A DNA stretch of 64,000 nt from Selaginella moellendorffii. Lineage: Eukaryota; Plantae; Lycopodiophyta. The first letter of the stretch is position 1; each line of letters starts with the position of its first letter. A program made the position numbers and the translations under genes. Below, piece by piece: positions 34,492-46,622 of the stretch. A model generated the notes under the pieces. That model was not told the origin of the DNA. It saw only the letters and a list, made by a program, of their open reading frames with translations, and did no database searches. The stretch covers positions 1,034,952 through 1,098,951 of the forward strand of contig NW_003314307.1 of NCBI RefSeq assembly GCF_000143415.4. The letters are read 5' to 3'.

Positions 34492-34931
34492 CAACCCTCT
34501 TCTCTTACCCGCATTCCACCCCTTCACATTGCTCGCCGCCGCGATCGACGATCAAAGCTCCCGCCTCGTTCAAAACATTAAAGAACCCTAAGAAATATCA
34601 TACTTTAAAGTAAAATGGTAACGTTAAATACCCCTAAAGTGATAAAAAGAGGGTGAATAAAGTTGGAATATCTTTCTTTTTTGTTGCTCAAGGACTTTAA
34701 AGTTTATGTCTTTGCCTTTATTTAATTAGTTAAAATGAATAAATAAGTAAATTATTTTTAAAATTCAATACATAGAAAAAAATCTCCCATAATTATAATA
34801 AGCAATTTGTGATAATTCAGTTTTGAGGAGAAGTATACCTCCCAAGAGAGGAAGTGTACTTAGGGTGGGCGGTTTGGCAAAATATTGTGCAAATTTGTAA
34901 AATATATAAGAAAAAAAAAACATACATGTAC

Positions 34932-35240
34932 TTAAATTATTATAATGCATATGTATGACTCACAAAATAACACTAAGGAGTCTTCAATAGAATGAGAAGG
35001 AATGTCATCCTGAATGAAGTTTGTGGAGGAATGAGAATTGCAGCTGGCCTGGAGGTCTATGAAGGCATCGTGGGACAACTTATCTGCCCAAAAGTTATCT
35101 TCACGGGGAATGTGTTTAAAGCACACGGTCTGGAAGAGATCTTTGAGGTCCATTGCTCTTTGCCAAAGAGCTCTAATATTATCCTTACGAACACTGTAAT
35201 CACCAATGAGTTCAGCAGCTCACTTTCTCCAGTACACAGT
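34932..35240 (-). pseudogene. Archaeal/plant-type RNase H (aRNH, RVT_3-like) C-terminal fragment
   Basis: ELIGDYSVRKDNIRALWQRAMDLKDLFQTVCFKHIPREDNFWADKLS fits the HxPRExNxxAD motif; in-frame stop upstream. Confidence 0.7.
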
Positions 35241-35315
35241 ACATAGATCCTTTCTCTACTTCAGAGATTCAAAGATATCTTTGCTTGGGACTATTCCCAA
35301 CTTCCAAGAGTCCCT

Positions 35316-36700
35316 ATGGACACAGTCACACACCACATTACCCTTTCCAAATCAACAAAGCTTGTCAAGCAGAAGATGCACTGCTACAATCCAGCATTAC
35401 TACCAGACATCAAAGCTGAGATCCAAAAGCTTCTTTCAGTCGACTTCATCTTTCCAGTGGAGCATTCAGAGTGGGTGGCGAACCTTGTCCCAGCTTGCAA
35501 AGCAAATGGTAAACTCTGGCTTTGTGTGGAATTTCGAGATCTTAACAAAGTCACACTACGAGATCATTTTCCCATGCCTTTTGTGGACTCTATCATTGAT
35601 GAGCTAGTAGGCCATCACTTCTACTCTTTTATGGATGGGTTCTTGGGCTATAACCAACTTTTCATCCATCCAGGTGATCATGAGCTCAAAGCATTCAAGA
35701 CACCTTGGAGGGTATTTGCATACAATGTGTTGCCATTCGGGCTTTGCAATGCAGGAGCCACATTCCAGCAGTTTATGACCTATGCATTCCATGATATTCT
35801 GGGGGACGCTCTTCAAGTATATATGGACGATCTCTACTTGGCCTCTGCCACATTTGATGACCACCTTCACCACTTGGAGCAAGTTTTCCTCCATTGCTGA
35901 CATCATCAATTCACTCTCAACTCGGTGAAGTGTAAGTTCGGCATCACCAAAGGCTGCCTCCTCTGTTTTGATGTCTCTTGTGATGGAATCCAGCCACATG
36001 ATGCGAAGAGAAAAGAGATTCTCGACTCCTATCCATTAAAGAGGAACTGTGTGCAAATGTGAATTCCTCTTTAATATGCTGATCAACTTTTCATGGCAAA
36101 GTTCCTCTATGAATCAATCGTTTGCAGATTCGGCATCCCAGCAGTCTTCATTTCCAATCATGGAGGAGCATTCTTGGGCCAAGTTGTTGAGCATCTCATG
36201 GAAAGGCTGGACGTTCAACACACTCTGATAGCAGCCATTTCCCTTAAGTGAATGGCCAGGTAGAGTCCTCCAACAAGACCTTAAAGTTCATCCTTGGCAA
36301 GCTAATGGCTGATCATCCTCACAAATGGCATGACCAATTGGCAATTGCACTCTAGGCTTTCAGGACATCCTTCAAGTCTTCCATCTCAGCCACTCCTTTC
36401 TCTCTGGTTTACAGCACAAAGGCTCTGTCATTTTCACTTTGACATGATGAAGACACATGACTTACAGTAGATGAAAAGTTACAGGCTTGGGCCTAGGACA
36501 TCATCACCTTGGATGAATAATGACAGGAAGCCGCTGATCACCTCCAGGCTCCAAAATGCAAACTCAAAGCCCGAAAGGACCGTGCCAAGCTAGATGACAA
36601 GTTCGCACAGGGACAGCTGGTTCTTTGCCGGGACTTTAATCCACCATTCAAGTTCTTAGGGACCATTCTTCATCCAATAGTGTCTTGGTCACGGTTCTTA
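35316..36700 (+). mobile_element. Degenerate Ty3/gypsy (Athila/Tat-like) pol: RT and partial integrase
   Basis: SEWVANLVP..NGKLWLCVEFRDLNK..DHFPMP, MDGFLGYNQ, LPFGLCNAGATFQ, YMDD, then a stop. Integrase remnants IVCRFGIP, NGQVESSNKTLK, AFRTS, TPFSLVY, KFLGPF. RNase H and the integrase zinc finger are apparently deleted. Confidence 0.93.
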
Positions 36701-37927
36701 CACCTAGGCTCTGCCTTCGATTTGATGAGGCAGTCCTGGTGCCATGGGAGACGAGGTTCATGCAAGCAAATTCGCCATACCTACCTCCTTGTGAGTGGAG
36801 GGCGCTGGAGATCTCACCCTCCCTCTCTCCAATGATGGCTTTCTCAAGCTCAAGGCCATGTTGCAGCAAGCACCCTATGGAAAGGGTGAGGAAACTTTGC
36901 TCGACATTGAGGATGGTCGTGAGCTTCCCCATGCTCATAACCACAGCCAGCTCAAGGCCTTCATTTGGTGACCTCTTTCCTTTCTTTTCATTTTCTTTTC
37001 TTTTCTTCGTTGTTTTCACTCATTTCTCATGTCCTACCAGGCCATATGCTCCTACCAACACAAGTTCAAGCTTGAATTCCAGTTTTGAAATGGTCTTAAC
37101 TCCACTCATCTAGGAGTTTGTTCATCTTCTGGCCTTTTCCCTTGGTTCCCAGGTTTTTGTCTCTATCACTTTCAAGAATACATCCTCCTTTTCATTTCCA
37201 TCCATTTACATTCACAAATCATCACTCTATTCACTTTCACAATCATTATATTCCATCATTATAAATACCCACTCTTGGTTTTCATCATTTCCACACCATG
37301 CATATATGTTATTTGTGATCATCCAACATCACTCTATCTGGAAGACTTTCAGCAATACAACACAAACAAAATTCATATTTTTTGGATGTTAAAGACAAAA
37401 GATACAACTCAAACTATCATAGCATGAGAACTTGTGGCAAATCCAAGGACAATCCAGCTCTTTTCTTCAGTCAATTAGGCTTGCATAGAATAAGCATCCA
37501 AACACTCATCAATGGAGCAAACAAAACTCCTCACTCCATGTATTTCTAACTATGTTTGGCCATAGAAGCCATTTCATCTTGGGTTGCACCAACACATTAC
37601 ATTAAATCCCAATGTTGAAAATATGGGCAAGATGTTCAATGCTTAGTTATATTATTGAGTCATAAGAATTTATGTTGAGATGAACTTTTATAAAGTTGTA
37701 AGTAGGAGAGCATTAGTTGAGTCTTAAAAGTTTGGATTCCTAAAATAAGAGTCATTCTTCTTTAGAATGGAAAAATTTTTCACAAATTTTTTTAGATTTT
37801 TCTAATAGCTAATTTGTTGATCATTTTGCCCAAAAATCATTCTGTTTTCATAAGTCATTACAAACTTGTGAAGGGATTGGAGTTGACTCTAGTTAACTTA
37901 AACTTTAATATGTAATTTGTAGGATGC

Positions 37928-38600
37928 TGTGAGACACAAAATCCCGAGACCCTAAAGAGGAGCCAAAAGGGTGCTACGTGGTAGTGGCTAAGGTGGAAGC
38001 CAAATGAGTATAACACATTTGAACTAAAATCTCCAACTCAAAAAGTCAAGAGCGAAAGTGGAACTCCCAATAAAGTGCTTGAGAAACGAGCATGAAATGA
38101 GCAATAAGTGAATCTCTAAAAAAGGGACACAAGAGGATCAACACATGACATGTGGAAGTGTCTAAGATGGAGTCCAAGATGGACCTGAGATGGAGTCCAA
38201 GATGGAGTCTAAGAAGGAATTCGAGATGGAGTTCGAGATGGACCCGAGATGGAGTTCAAAATGGACCCAAGATAAAGTCCAAGATGGAATCCAAGATGGA
38301 GTCTGAGATGGACCTAAGATAGAGTCTAAGATGGACCTGAGATGGAGTCCGAGATGGACCCGAGTGTGAGACACAAATCCCTAAGGCCCAAAGTGGAGCC
38401 GAAAGGGCACTACATGGTGGTGGCTAAAGTGAAAGCCAAACAAGCACAACACCTTTGGACTAAAAGCTCCAACTTGAAATGTCGAGAGCGGGAGTGGAAC
38501 TCCCAACGAAGTGCTCGAGGAACAAGCATGAAGCAAGCAATAAATGAGTCTCTAGAAAAGGGACACAAGAGGACCAACACATAACACGTGGAAGTGTCCG
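37928..38600 (+). repeat. Two diverged ~235-bp direct repeats (37928-38162, 38365-38597), each followed by satellite
   Basis: Both start TGTGAGACACAAA and end ..ACACAAGAGGA..AACACAT..GTGGAAGTGTC. Confidence 0.85.
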
Positions 38601-39200
38601 AGATAGAGCCCGAGATGGACCCGAGATGGACCCGAAATGGAGTCCGAGATGGACCCGTGATGGACCCGAGATGGAGTCCGAGATGAACCTGAGATGGAGT
38701 CCGAGATGAACCTGAGATGGAGTCCGAGATGAACCTGAGATGGAGTCCGAGATGGAGTTCGAGATGGACCCGAAATGGAGTCCGAGATGGACCTGCGATG
38801 GACCTGAGATGGAGTTCAAGATGGAGTCAGAGATGGACCCGAGATGGAGTCCAAGATGGAGTCCGAGATGGACCCGAGATGGAGTTCGAGATGGACCTGA
38901 GATGGAGTCCGAGATGGACCCGAGATGGAGTTTGAGATGGACCCAAGATGGAGTCCAAGATAGAGTCCGAGATGGAGTCTGAGATGGACCTGAGATAGAG
39001 TCCGAGACAAACTCGAGATGGAGTCTGAGATGGACTTGAGATGGAGTCCGAGATGGACCCGAGATGGAGTCCAAGATGGAGTCTGAGATGGATCCGAGAT
39101 GGAGTCTGAGATGGAGTCTGAGATGGAGTCCGAGATGGACCCGAGATAGAGTTCGAGATAAACCCGAGATGGAGTTCAAGATGGACTCAAAATGGAGTCT
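38162..39200 (+). repeat. Minisatellite of mixed 12-bp GAGATGGAGTCC and 11-bp GAGATGGACCC units (arrays 38162-38362 and 38597-39200)
   Basis: Tandem units are directly visible; variants are mostly transitions. Confidence 0.95.
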
Positions 39201-40109
39201 TGTTGCGAATGTGACTTCGGGTATTGAAAGTTATCTGTCGGCCAGTCCTTACGGACACTCTTTCCTTACTACCACGATGGCAAGAGGTCGGTATTGCTAG
39301 ACCCTTTATCAGTCCCTCTTGTGCTAGTGGAGTTAACTGGGCATTTCGAATGTACTTAGACCGGGCGAGTATAAGGATGGAATTCCTACGTGTTATTAGC
39401 TAAACATACTTAGCCCAGTAAAGAGTTCCCGTCTCATTATGTCTTGCACTTGCTAGTGACAAGAACCCTCACGTATTGAGACTAATCCCTTAATATCGCT
39501 GGATGATAGCTTACCATGTTTGCCAAACACCCTCACTATCATGCCTTTTGTGTTAGTCTCATTCCAGTCCCAAATGTTATTTATGGAAAGTGTCTAGATT
39601 TGCTCATTTGGCATATCTACGGAATATAAAGATTAGCCTGAATACAATGGTATTCGTCCCATATCCAAATTCGCATTCTAGCACTATTTCATATTTAGTA
39701 AGTTTCGAGCTTGTCCCAGAGACTAACTCTTGATACTAAGGGAGATTTGAGGTGAAAGCCCAAAGCATATAGTAGGGATAGTATAATAATTGGGGTGAAA
39801 GCCCAAATGTATAGTAGGGATAGTGGGTAGGTCGGGCATGGCTGACCAACTTGAGGCATAGTCTAGCTCCCGCTTGCGTGTCTGTCTTTGTTCTGCATCC
39901 GGCTTGGGTCTAAACCCAAGTTCCATTCCATGCTAGTTGGTGGAGTACCATATCCTTGTGTTAGGCCACCGATATGCTGAAATAGCGCTAGACTCCATTT
40001 GGCTCCATTTTGCGTGTTGGTCCTCGCATTAGGATGTTAGATACTCTAGGACTGTCCCAAGTTGTTCTGTGCTCTTGTCCCTTCACTCCTAGGGCTGAAT
40101 GCTCAAGGG

Positions 40110-41073
40110 NNNNNNNNNNNNNNNNNNNNNNNNNNNNNNNNNNNNNNNNNNNNNNNNNNNNNNNNNNNNNNNNNNNNNNNNNNNNNNNNNNNNNNNNNNN
40201 NNNNNNNNNNNNNNNNNNNNNNNNNNNNNNNNNNNNNNNNNNNNNNNNNNNNNNNNNNNNNNNNNNNNNNNNNNNNNNNNNNNNNNNNNNNNNNNNNNNN
40301 NNNNNNNNNNNNNNNNNNNNNNNNNNNNNNNNNNNNNNNNNNNNNNNNNNNNNNNNNNNNNNNNNNNNNNNNNNNNNNNNNNNNNNNNNNNNNNNNNNNN
40401 NNNNNNNNNNNNNNNNNNNNNNNNNNNNNNNNNNNNNNNNNNNNNNNNNNNNNNNNNNNNNNNNNNNNNNNNNNNNNNNNNNNNNNNNNNNNNNNNNNNN
40501 NNNNNNNNNNNNNNNNNNNNNNNNNNNNNNNNNNNNNNNNNNNNNNNNNNNNNNNNNNNNNNNNNNNNNNNNNNNNNNNNNNNNNNNNNNNNNNNNNNNN
40601 NNNNNNNNNNNNNNNNNNNNNNNNNNNNNNNNNNNNNNNNNNNNNNNNNNNNNNNNNNNNNNNNNNNNNNNNNNNNNNNNNNNNNNNNNNNNNNNNNNNN
40701 NNNNNNNNNNNNNNNNNNNNNNNNNNNNNNNNNNNNNNNNNNNNNNNNNNNNNNNNNNNNNNNNNNNNNNNNNNNNNNNNNNNNNNNNNNNNNNNNNNNN
40801 NNNNNNNNNNNNNNNNNNNNNNNNNNNNNNNNNNNNNNNNNNNNNNNNNNNNNNNNNNNNNNNNNNNNNNNNNNNNNNNNNNNNNNNNNNNNNNNNNNNN
40901 NNNNNNNNNNNNNNNNNNNNNNNNNNNNNNNNNNNNNNNNNNNNNNNNNNNNNNNNNNNNNNNNNNNNNNNNNNNNNNNNNNNNNNNNNNNNNNNNNNNN
41001 NNNNNNNNNNNNNNNNNNNNNNNNNNNNNNNNNNNNNNNNNNNNNNNNNNNNNNNNNNNNNNNNNNNNNNNNN
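40110..41073. other. Assembly gap (N run)
   Basis: Continuous n bases. Confidence 1.
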
Positions 41074-41866
41074 CTTTGCTCCATGTTGGGAGTTAGCATC
41101 ATTCCTTCAAAGGAAGCTCCTGAATTTAGTGTCAGGCAATGCAACTGATGTTAGATCTCTTCCTCTTGCAAGGATATGTGTCTGTCTAGGTATTTGCAAG
41201 GTGATGAATCCAATTCTATTCTTCTTCCACATTTTGTCTTGGGTGATTCATTATCTGCTTTCATTGTTTGAGAGTGAAGTGGGAAGAGACTGACATTTTT
41301 TATGAAATCTCTGCTTGTGTCATTCCAACTTTGTAAACATTGTTTTGTAGTCAAGCAAAGCCACAAAGGCTACAACAGGCAGTACAATGTACTACTCTTT
41401 AACTATTTATTATAACAAGAAAATATCATACTACACCTTACAGTTTCTCAGACGCTGCTCGTAGAATTCCAGAAGCTGTAACTTGACTACCATAAAACAT
41501 GAAAGAAGCAGTGAAAAAGTACCATTCATATTTTAAAGGTTTTTTCTTGTTACTGAAAGATATTCAGAGGAGGTTAACACTTCAGAGCCTCACAAGCACC
41601 TCATAAATTGCCCGTAAAGAGATGATGTTCAGTTCTATGGTTCTTTAAGAATACCTAACAGTTTGTTAGGTATTACCTAACACCGTTCCTTCATTTAGTG
41701 GCCCAAGACCTTAAAACTCGGGTTCCACACCACGTTCCTTTGGACACATGGCATGTGACATGTGGCATCTGTCACATGGCACAAAGAGGGTTTAGGTTCC
41801 GCTTCGTGGGGTTATCCTATGGTAAATCACCATAGGATAAAGATCAAAAACCACGTGCACTACAAG

Positions 41867-42012
41867 TCTGAGATGGAGTCCAAGATGGACCCGAGATGGA
41901 GTCTGAGATGGAGTCCAAGATGGAACCGAGACCGAGACCGAGACTGAGTCCGAGTCCAAGACTGAGATCGAGACCGAGTCCGAGTCCGAATCTGAGTCCG
42001 AATCCGAGTTTG
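41867..42012 (+). repeat. Third copy of the GAGATGGAGTCC satellite, grading into hexamer GAGACC/GAGTCC repeats
   Basis: Directly visible. Confidence 0.9.
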
Positions 42013-42949
42013 AATAATAATACAGGCTGTTCGGTGAAAGCCCAAAATGATTGTCCCCCAGGGGGGGGGCTGTAGAGAGTTCCAAAAGTATAGTAAAGAG
42101 AATGTGGTGGTTGAATCCCAGTGGAGCCAATTTGGCCAGGAAAGGCCAGTTTGGCCCAAAAAGGCCATACCCAACTATTGGGTGATGAGATGACCACTAG
42201 AAAGTCCAAGGCTAAAGTGAATATAGATCGACAAGCGGGATAATTTGGTGAAGTGTTCAAGAGCCGGCTTTAGTTCCCCCAAGAGATTGAATGGTCGATG
42301 CTCCCAATCTAAGTGTGGGTGGCACTACCTACTTGGATACCTGGCATGGCTCAACGGAACCTCGCTCTAAGCCCATGGCTAGAACACCCAAAGGCGGAAG
42401 ATGCGGAGAGTACACATGAGGCTTACATAAGGCCACAGTGTTCTGAGATGTTCTCCCAAAGTCCCAAACTGTGAAAAGGAAGAGGAGCAATTTTCTAATG
42501 TAGTGACCAAGGATACAGTCACATGGTGAGGAAGTCTTAAAGGATAGTGGGACTTAGTGGTCAGGTTTGTGGGCCTTGACTCAATGGTAGTGTTGGCAAA
42601 CACAGCCATGAACAAAAAAGGACTTGGTGGGGACCGAAAAAAAAATATTGGGGAAGGTTGTTCCCCATATCTACAGACATTCTATGGATGTTAAGGAGTG
42701 GATCTAGGATGATCACTCATGAATGGATGGCCCAATCTTTGAGAGATGAGACTGTGATGTAGGTGGTGTTACATCACTAATGTGACAAAGGTGAATGGCC
42801 ATAGCCTTAGCGTAACAGGCTGATATGTCAGTGGTACTTTTGAGTGTCAGTCATGGGATCAGACACATGGAGCACTTGGACCAAGTGCAAAGGTTGAGTG
42901 GCATGGATGTCATTCTCAGGGCTAGCAATCCCCAAGTTCGAAATAAAAC

Positions 42950-45370
42950 TTATAAGGGTTGTAAGTGATACTTTTTCAAGTGGTCGGAGGTATGGTTAAG
43001 TGACTAAAGTAGAATGGAAAATTTAATCACTTACAAATGCAACCTAAAAGAGGATGCTGACTTTTTAGGGCTAACACAATTGAATTAGATAAAGTCTAAA
43101 GTTGATGTAAGAAAAATGGTTATTATGCTTTTCTAGAAAGGTGACTTTTGTTCTTTTCTTTTATAACATTATGTTTTATGGAAGATTACACTTTGCATTT
43201 CATAAACTCTATGAGAGTAATGAGCTCTCACTGACCCTAATTTGGTTTTGGTAACCTTGCACCTTACCTAAGGATAGTGATGTCCAATTTAATTATTTAA
43301 GGTTGAAGTGTTAGTACTAAGAGGTTGTGTACCAATATAAATCCATCTCATGATCTTCACTTTAATTTCAGCTGAGTATTAGTTATGCATAGTTAGCCCC
43401 TTCAAGGTATACTTAGAGTTGTTGACTAAACATATTGGTGAGTTTATTACTGTTCAATTGGATTCAACTGGTCATTTAGTCCATACTTATCCATGTTCTT
43501 ATATTTAGTACCTTGAGTGTACCTTTCCATAAAGAAATATATGACTCAATAACATAAGTTTAGTGTTTAGGTCTTATAAAGGTAAGTTAAAGAATGATTG
43601 TTTGCTGCTTTGCAACTAGTGATTGTTGGTAGACTTCATCAAGAACTATTGACACTTGCTTCACTCAATAATGATTTAATAGTGATATACTTACTTGATC
43701 GAATGGTTTTGTGGAGGATTGTCTCATGGGCTTGTATGGTTTTTCCATATTAGCATGCTGATTTTATCTCTATTGATATTATTTAGTTGTGTTTAGTTTA
43801 TGGTGTTGGATTATATTGAGTTTTGGATGTGGTGAATTACTCCTTGATGATGTGTTATCTATAGCTGAGTATTATCAAATGACTGGTCTTGGATACTAAG
43901 TATAGTATTTTTAACCTTAATTAGCTTAGTTACTAAAGAGCTCTAAGTGGTGATTTTCTCGTGCTTTCTTTTAGCTTTATTTTGGTGTTGATAGCATTGA
44001 AGTAGTGCTTTGTTGTTGATATTATTCATATGAGTTTTGATTAAATGAGATGTTTCTCCATGGGATTAATGTTAAGTTTTATTAGTCTCAATATAGATAG
44101 TGTTGATGATTTAATTGTAGTTTTTGTGTTTTAGGCATTTGTGCATTTGCTAATTAGCAACTATGTTATTATTCAAATGTGGTAAAAGCTAACTTCCAAA
44201 GACTTTTTATTGGGATAAGGAGGTTAAATATATCCCTCAGGGGGATAAATTACTTATATCACAATATAGTGAGTTAATGTTGTAAAAGGAAATGCTCATT
44301 GTCAAAGAAGGGTATCATTGGGATACCTAAACACTCTAAAACACCATGAGGGTATTAAATAAAACCCAAAGGACTAAATCCATAGCGAATAATGAGGTGT
44401 TATCTAATATTTAAGGTTGTGAAGACAAGAGAAGTTTGTCTATCTAAATTAGACAAAGACAAAAGGGATTTTGGCAAGGCTAATGATGAGCATACAAAAG
44501 CCTATAAGTAACAATGATAATCCCAATATGTGGTATTGCAAAATGAGCATATCCAGATTGAAGTTATTCCCTAGGATATCAAGTAAGTTCATCCTTAAGA
44601 AAATACTTGCTAAGGCATGGTATAAAGTGCAAAGCTATCCTCTTAGCCTAGAGGAGAATAACTAAAAAGAACATGTAGAGCCAAAAGCAAGTATTAAAAG
44701 GATAAAACCAAACTATAAAAATTGAAAGGCATAACCAAAAGTGGTTATGTAAGTTATAAATAGAGAATCAAGTAAGTGTTCAAAGGTGTTACTATTAGCA
44801 ACCAAGCTGCCATGGTGAGTCTAAAAGTATGGAATTATCCATGTTAAACCATATAGCAATTAGAAAGCTTGTGAAATTAGAGGTTTTAACAAGCTAAAGG
44901 ATAGAGTCCCTTCAATGTTCTTAAAGACAATTCTAAATAGGTTAGTACTTAGAAAGACAGTACCGTTGAGTAAAAGATTGACCATTCTTCTTGTTTTGCT
45001 GCTTGTTCTTCAATTGCAGACAATCAGCTTTATAGTGTCTAAGTTTGCCACAATGATGACAACCTTGTTTATAATTCTTCACAAAAAACTTCTGCTTCTT
45101 GGACCCCTTTGCATCCGAAGTAATTACCACCGACTTCAACTTGTGATGCTTGTTCCCATCCTTGTGTCCATGGCGATCATCACGATGATTCTCGATAAAA
45201 GGATTCCGCGAACGCTTGCGAGACTTGTGCGTGTCGTTGTCAAGTTGACGAGCTATATCAAAGAGCTCCTCCAAACTCTTTATAGGCTGAGAATGATGCA
45301 AGTGTTGCCGCATACTCTCACTATGACAAGCACAAGTCTCGCAAGCGTTGACTGATGTTGACCACAGCAT
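42950..45370 (-). mobile_element. Highly decayed Ty1/copia-like retrotransposon (gag zinc knuckle plus pol traces)
   Basis: CHHCGKLRHYKADC knuckle (44942-45370); WII...THH protease-like trace near 44810-44845; PPEGY near 44235; LYLVSKT near 43885-43905. Many stops. Confidence 0.55.
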
Positions 45371-45373
45371 AAA

Positions 45374-45741
45374 TGTTAGGGGTGGCTAAACGGGTGATCA
45401 CTTGATTGCAGGGCCCTTTTTTTATCCTATTATCCTGACCTGGTGCCTAACAATCCTCCCCTTGTTAGGGAATGATCATCTGCAATCATACTTAGGCCAC
45501 CCTCTAGTCACCATGGTTCTTCTCTTAGGGTTTACGAAACCTTGGTTCTCCCTCTAGATCAACCATGTTGAATATTCTTTTAGAATATTCTTGCCCCACT
45601 TGTTAACCACGAGAATCAAACTAGGCTCCAATACCAATATTAGGAACTTATCCCTTACACCCTAAGCCAACTAACTAAAGGAGTGATCACTTGATTGTAG
45701 GGCCCTTTCTTTATCCTATTATCTTGACTTGGTGTTTAATA
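45374..45741 (-). mobile_element. TRIM-like miniature LTR element
   Basis: Direct repeats 45374-45451 and ~45639-45741, with TGTTAGG...CCTAACA termini intact on the left copy. On the minus strand, PBS-like TGGTATTGGAGCC (45624-45636) and PPT AAGGGGAGGAT (45452-45462) flank a ~170-bp noncoding core. Confidence 0.75.
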
Positions 45742-46622
45742 GTAATACTGACCTCTTGCCGTCATGGCAATAAAGAAAGAATATCCAAAAGAACTAGCTA
45801 ATAGGTAATTTTCGATATCCACAATCACATTCACAACATTAATACAAGCTAATGAATAAGTTTCTTTAACTATTAAGCAAAAAATTGTTTATGGAATTCA
45901 AAACCTTTTATATGAAAAAGAGTAAGAATATTTTAGATTCTAGAAGACTTATAACCCATAGGTCAAGTATGCTTGACTAATAACATTTATGAATTCAATT
46001 CTAAGCATATATAAAGACTAATTTCTTAACTGTTTAGGTGGAAATTAATAAAGAGAACCAACAATACCAATCTCTTACCTTCATGGTAGTAAAGAGAGAA
46101 TATCTAAAAAGACCCACTGACAAATAGCTTTTAATACCCACACCAAAGTATAAAGTTGTAGGCTGGAGCATCTAGATGATGAACAAGGAAAGAAGGATAG
46201 ATGTACAAATGTGGTAGGCACTTATGGAGAGCTGGGAGGTCCCAAGTATGAGGATATGGTTTACTGGAGCTATGTATAGGCATTTGCTCAGGTCTTCAAG
46301 TGTAGGGTGGGGTATCAATAGAGGTAGTAGAAGCTTGAAATTGGCTAAGAACTCAATGGTCCTAAACAGAGTTTAGAAGGGGATATGATATAATATAGGC
46401 ATTTGCTAAAGTGTTTAAATGTAAGTTGGCACATCTAGTGTAGAAAGCTTGGGGACACTTAATGGTCCCAAGATTGGGGTTTAGAGAAGGAAACAAGAGT
46501 TTCTGAGTTTTGTGAATGTCTAAGTGAGAGTTTGATGGTGGCATCACTTCTTTTCCTATCTGTGGTGACATATGCAGTCACAACAAGTTTGATCATACAA
46601 CCTGCCTAAGTGGTACAGGCCG

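Noticed and set aside
38162-39300. ORFs with repetitive MESEMDPRWS / RVHLGLHLGSISDS peptides, and CRISPR-like appearance of the array
   Set aside because: These are translations of the 11/12-bp satellite; there are no unique spacers and no cas genes, and the context is eukaryotic.
40010-41293. Long poly-X ORFs
   Set aside because: Artefacts of the N gap.
44915-45355. Hydrophobic 146-aa plus-strand ORF
   Set aside because: Antisense of the Lys-rich gag zinc-knuckle ORF.
45374-45741. Cassandra (5S-bearing) TRIM
   Set aside because: No 5S rRNA A/C-box similarity is visible in the LTRs.
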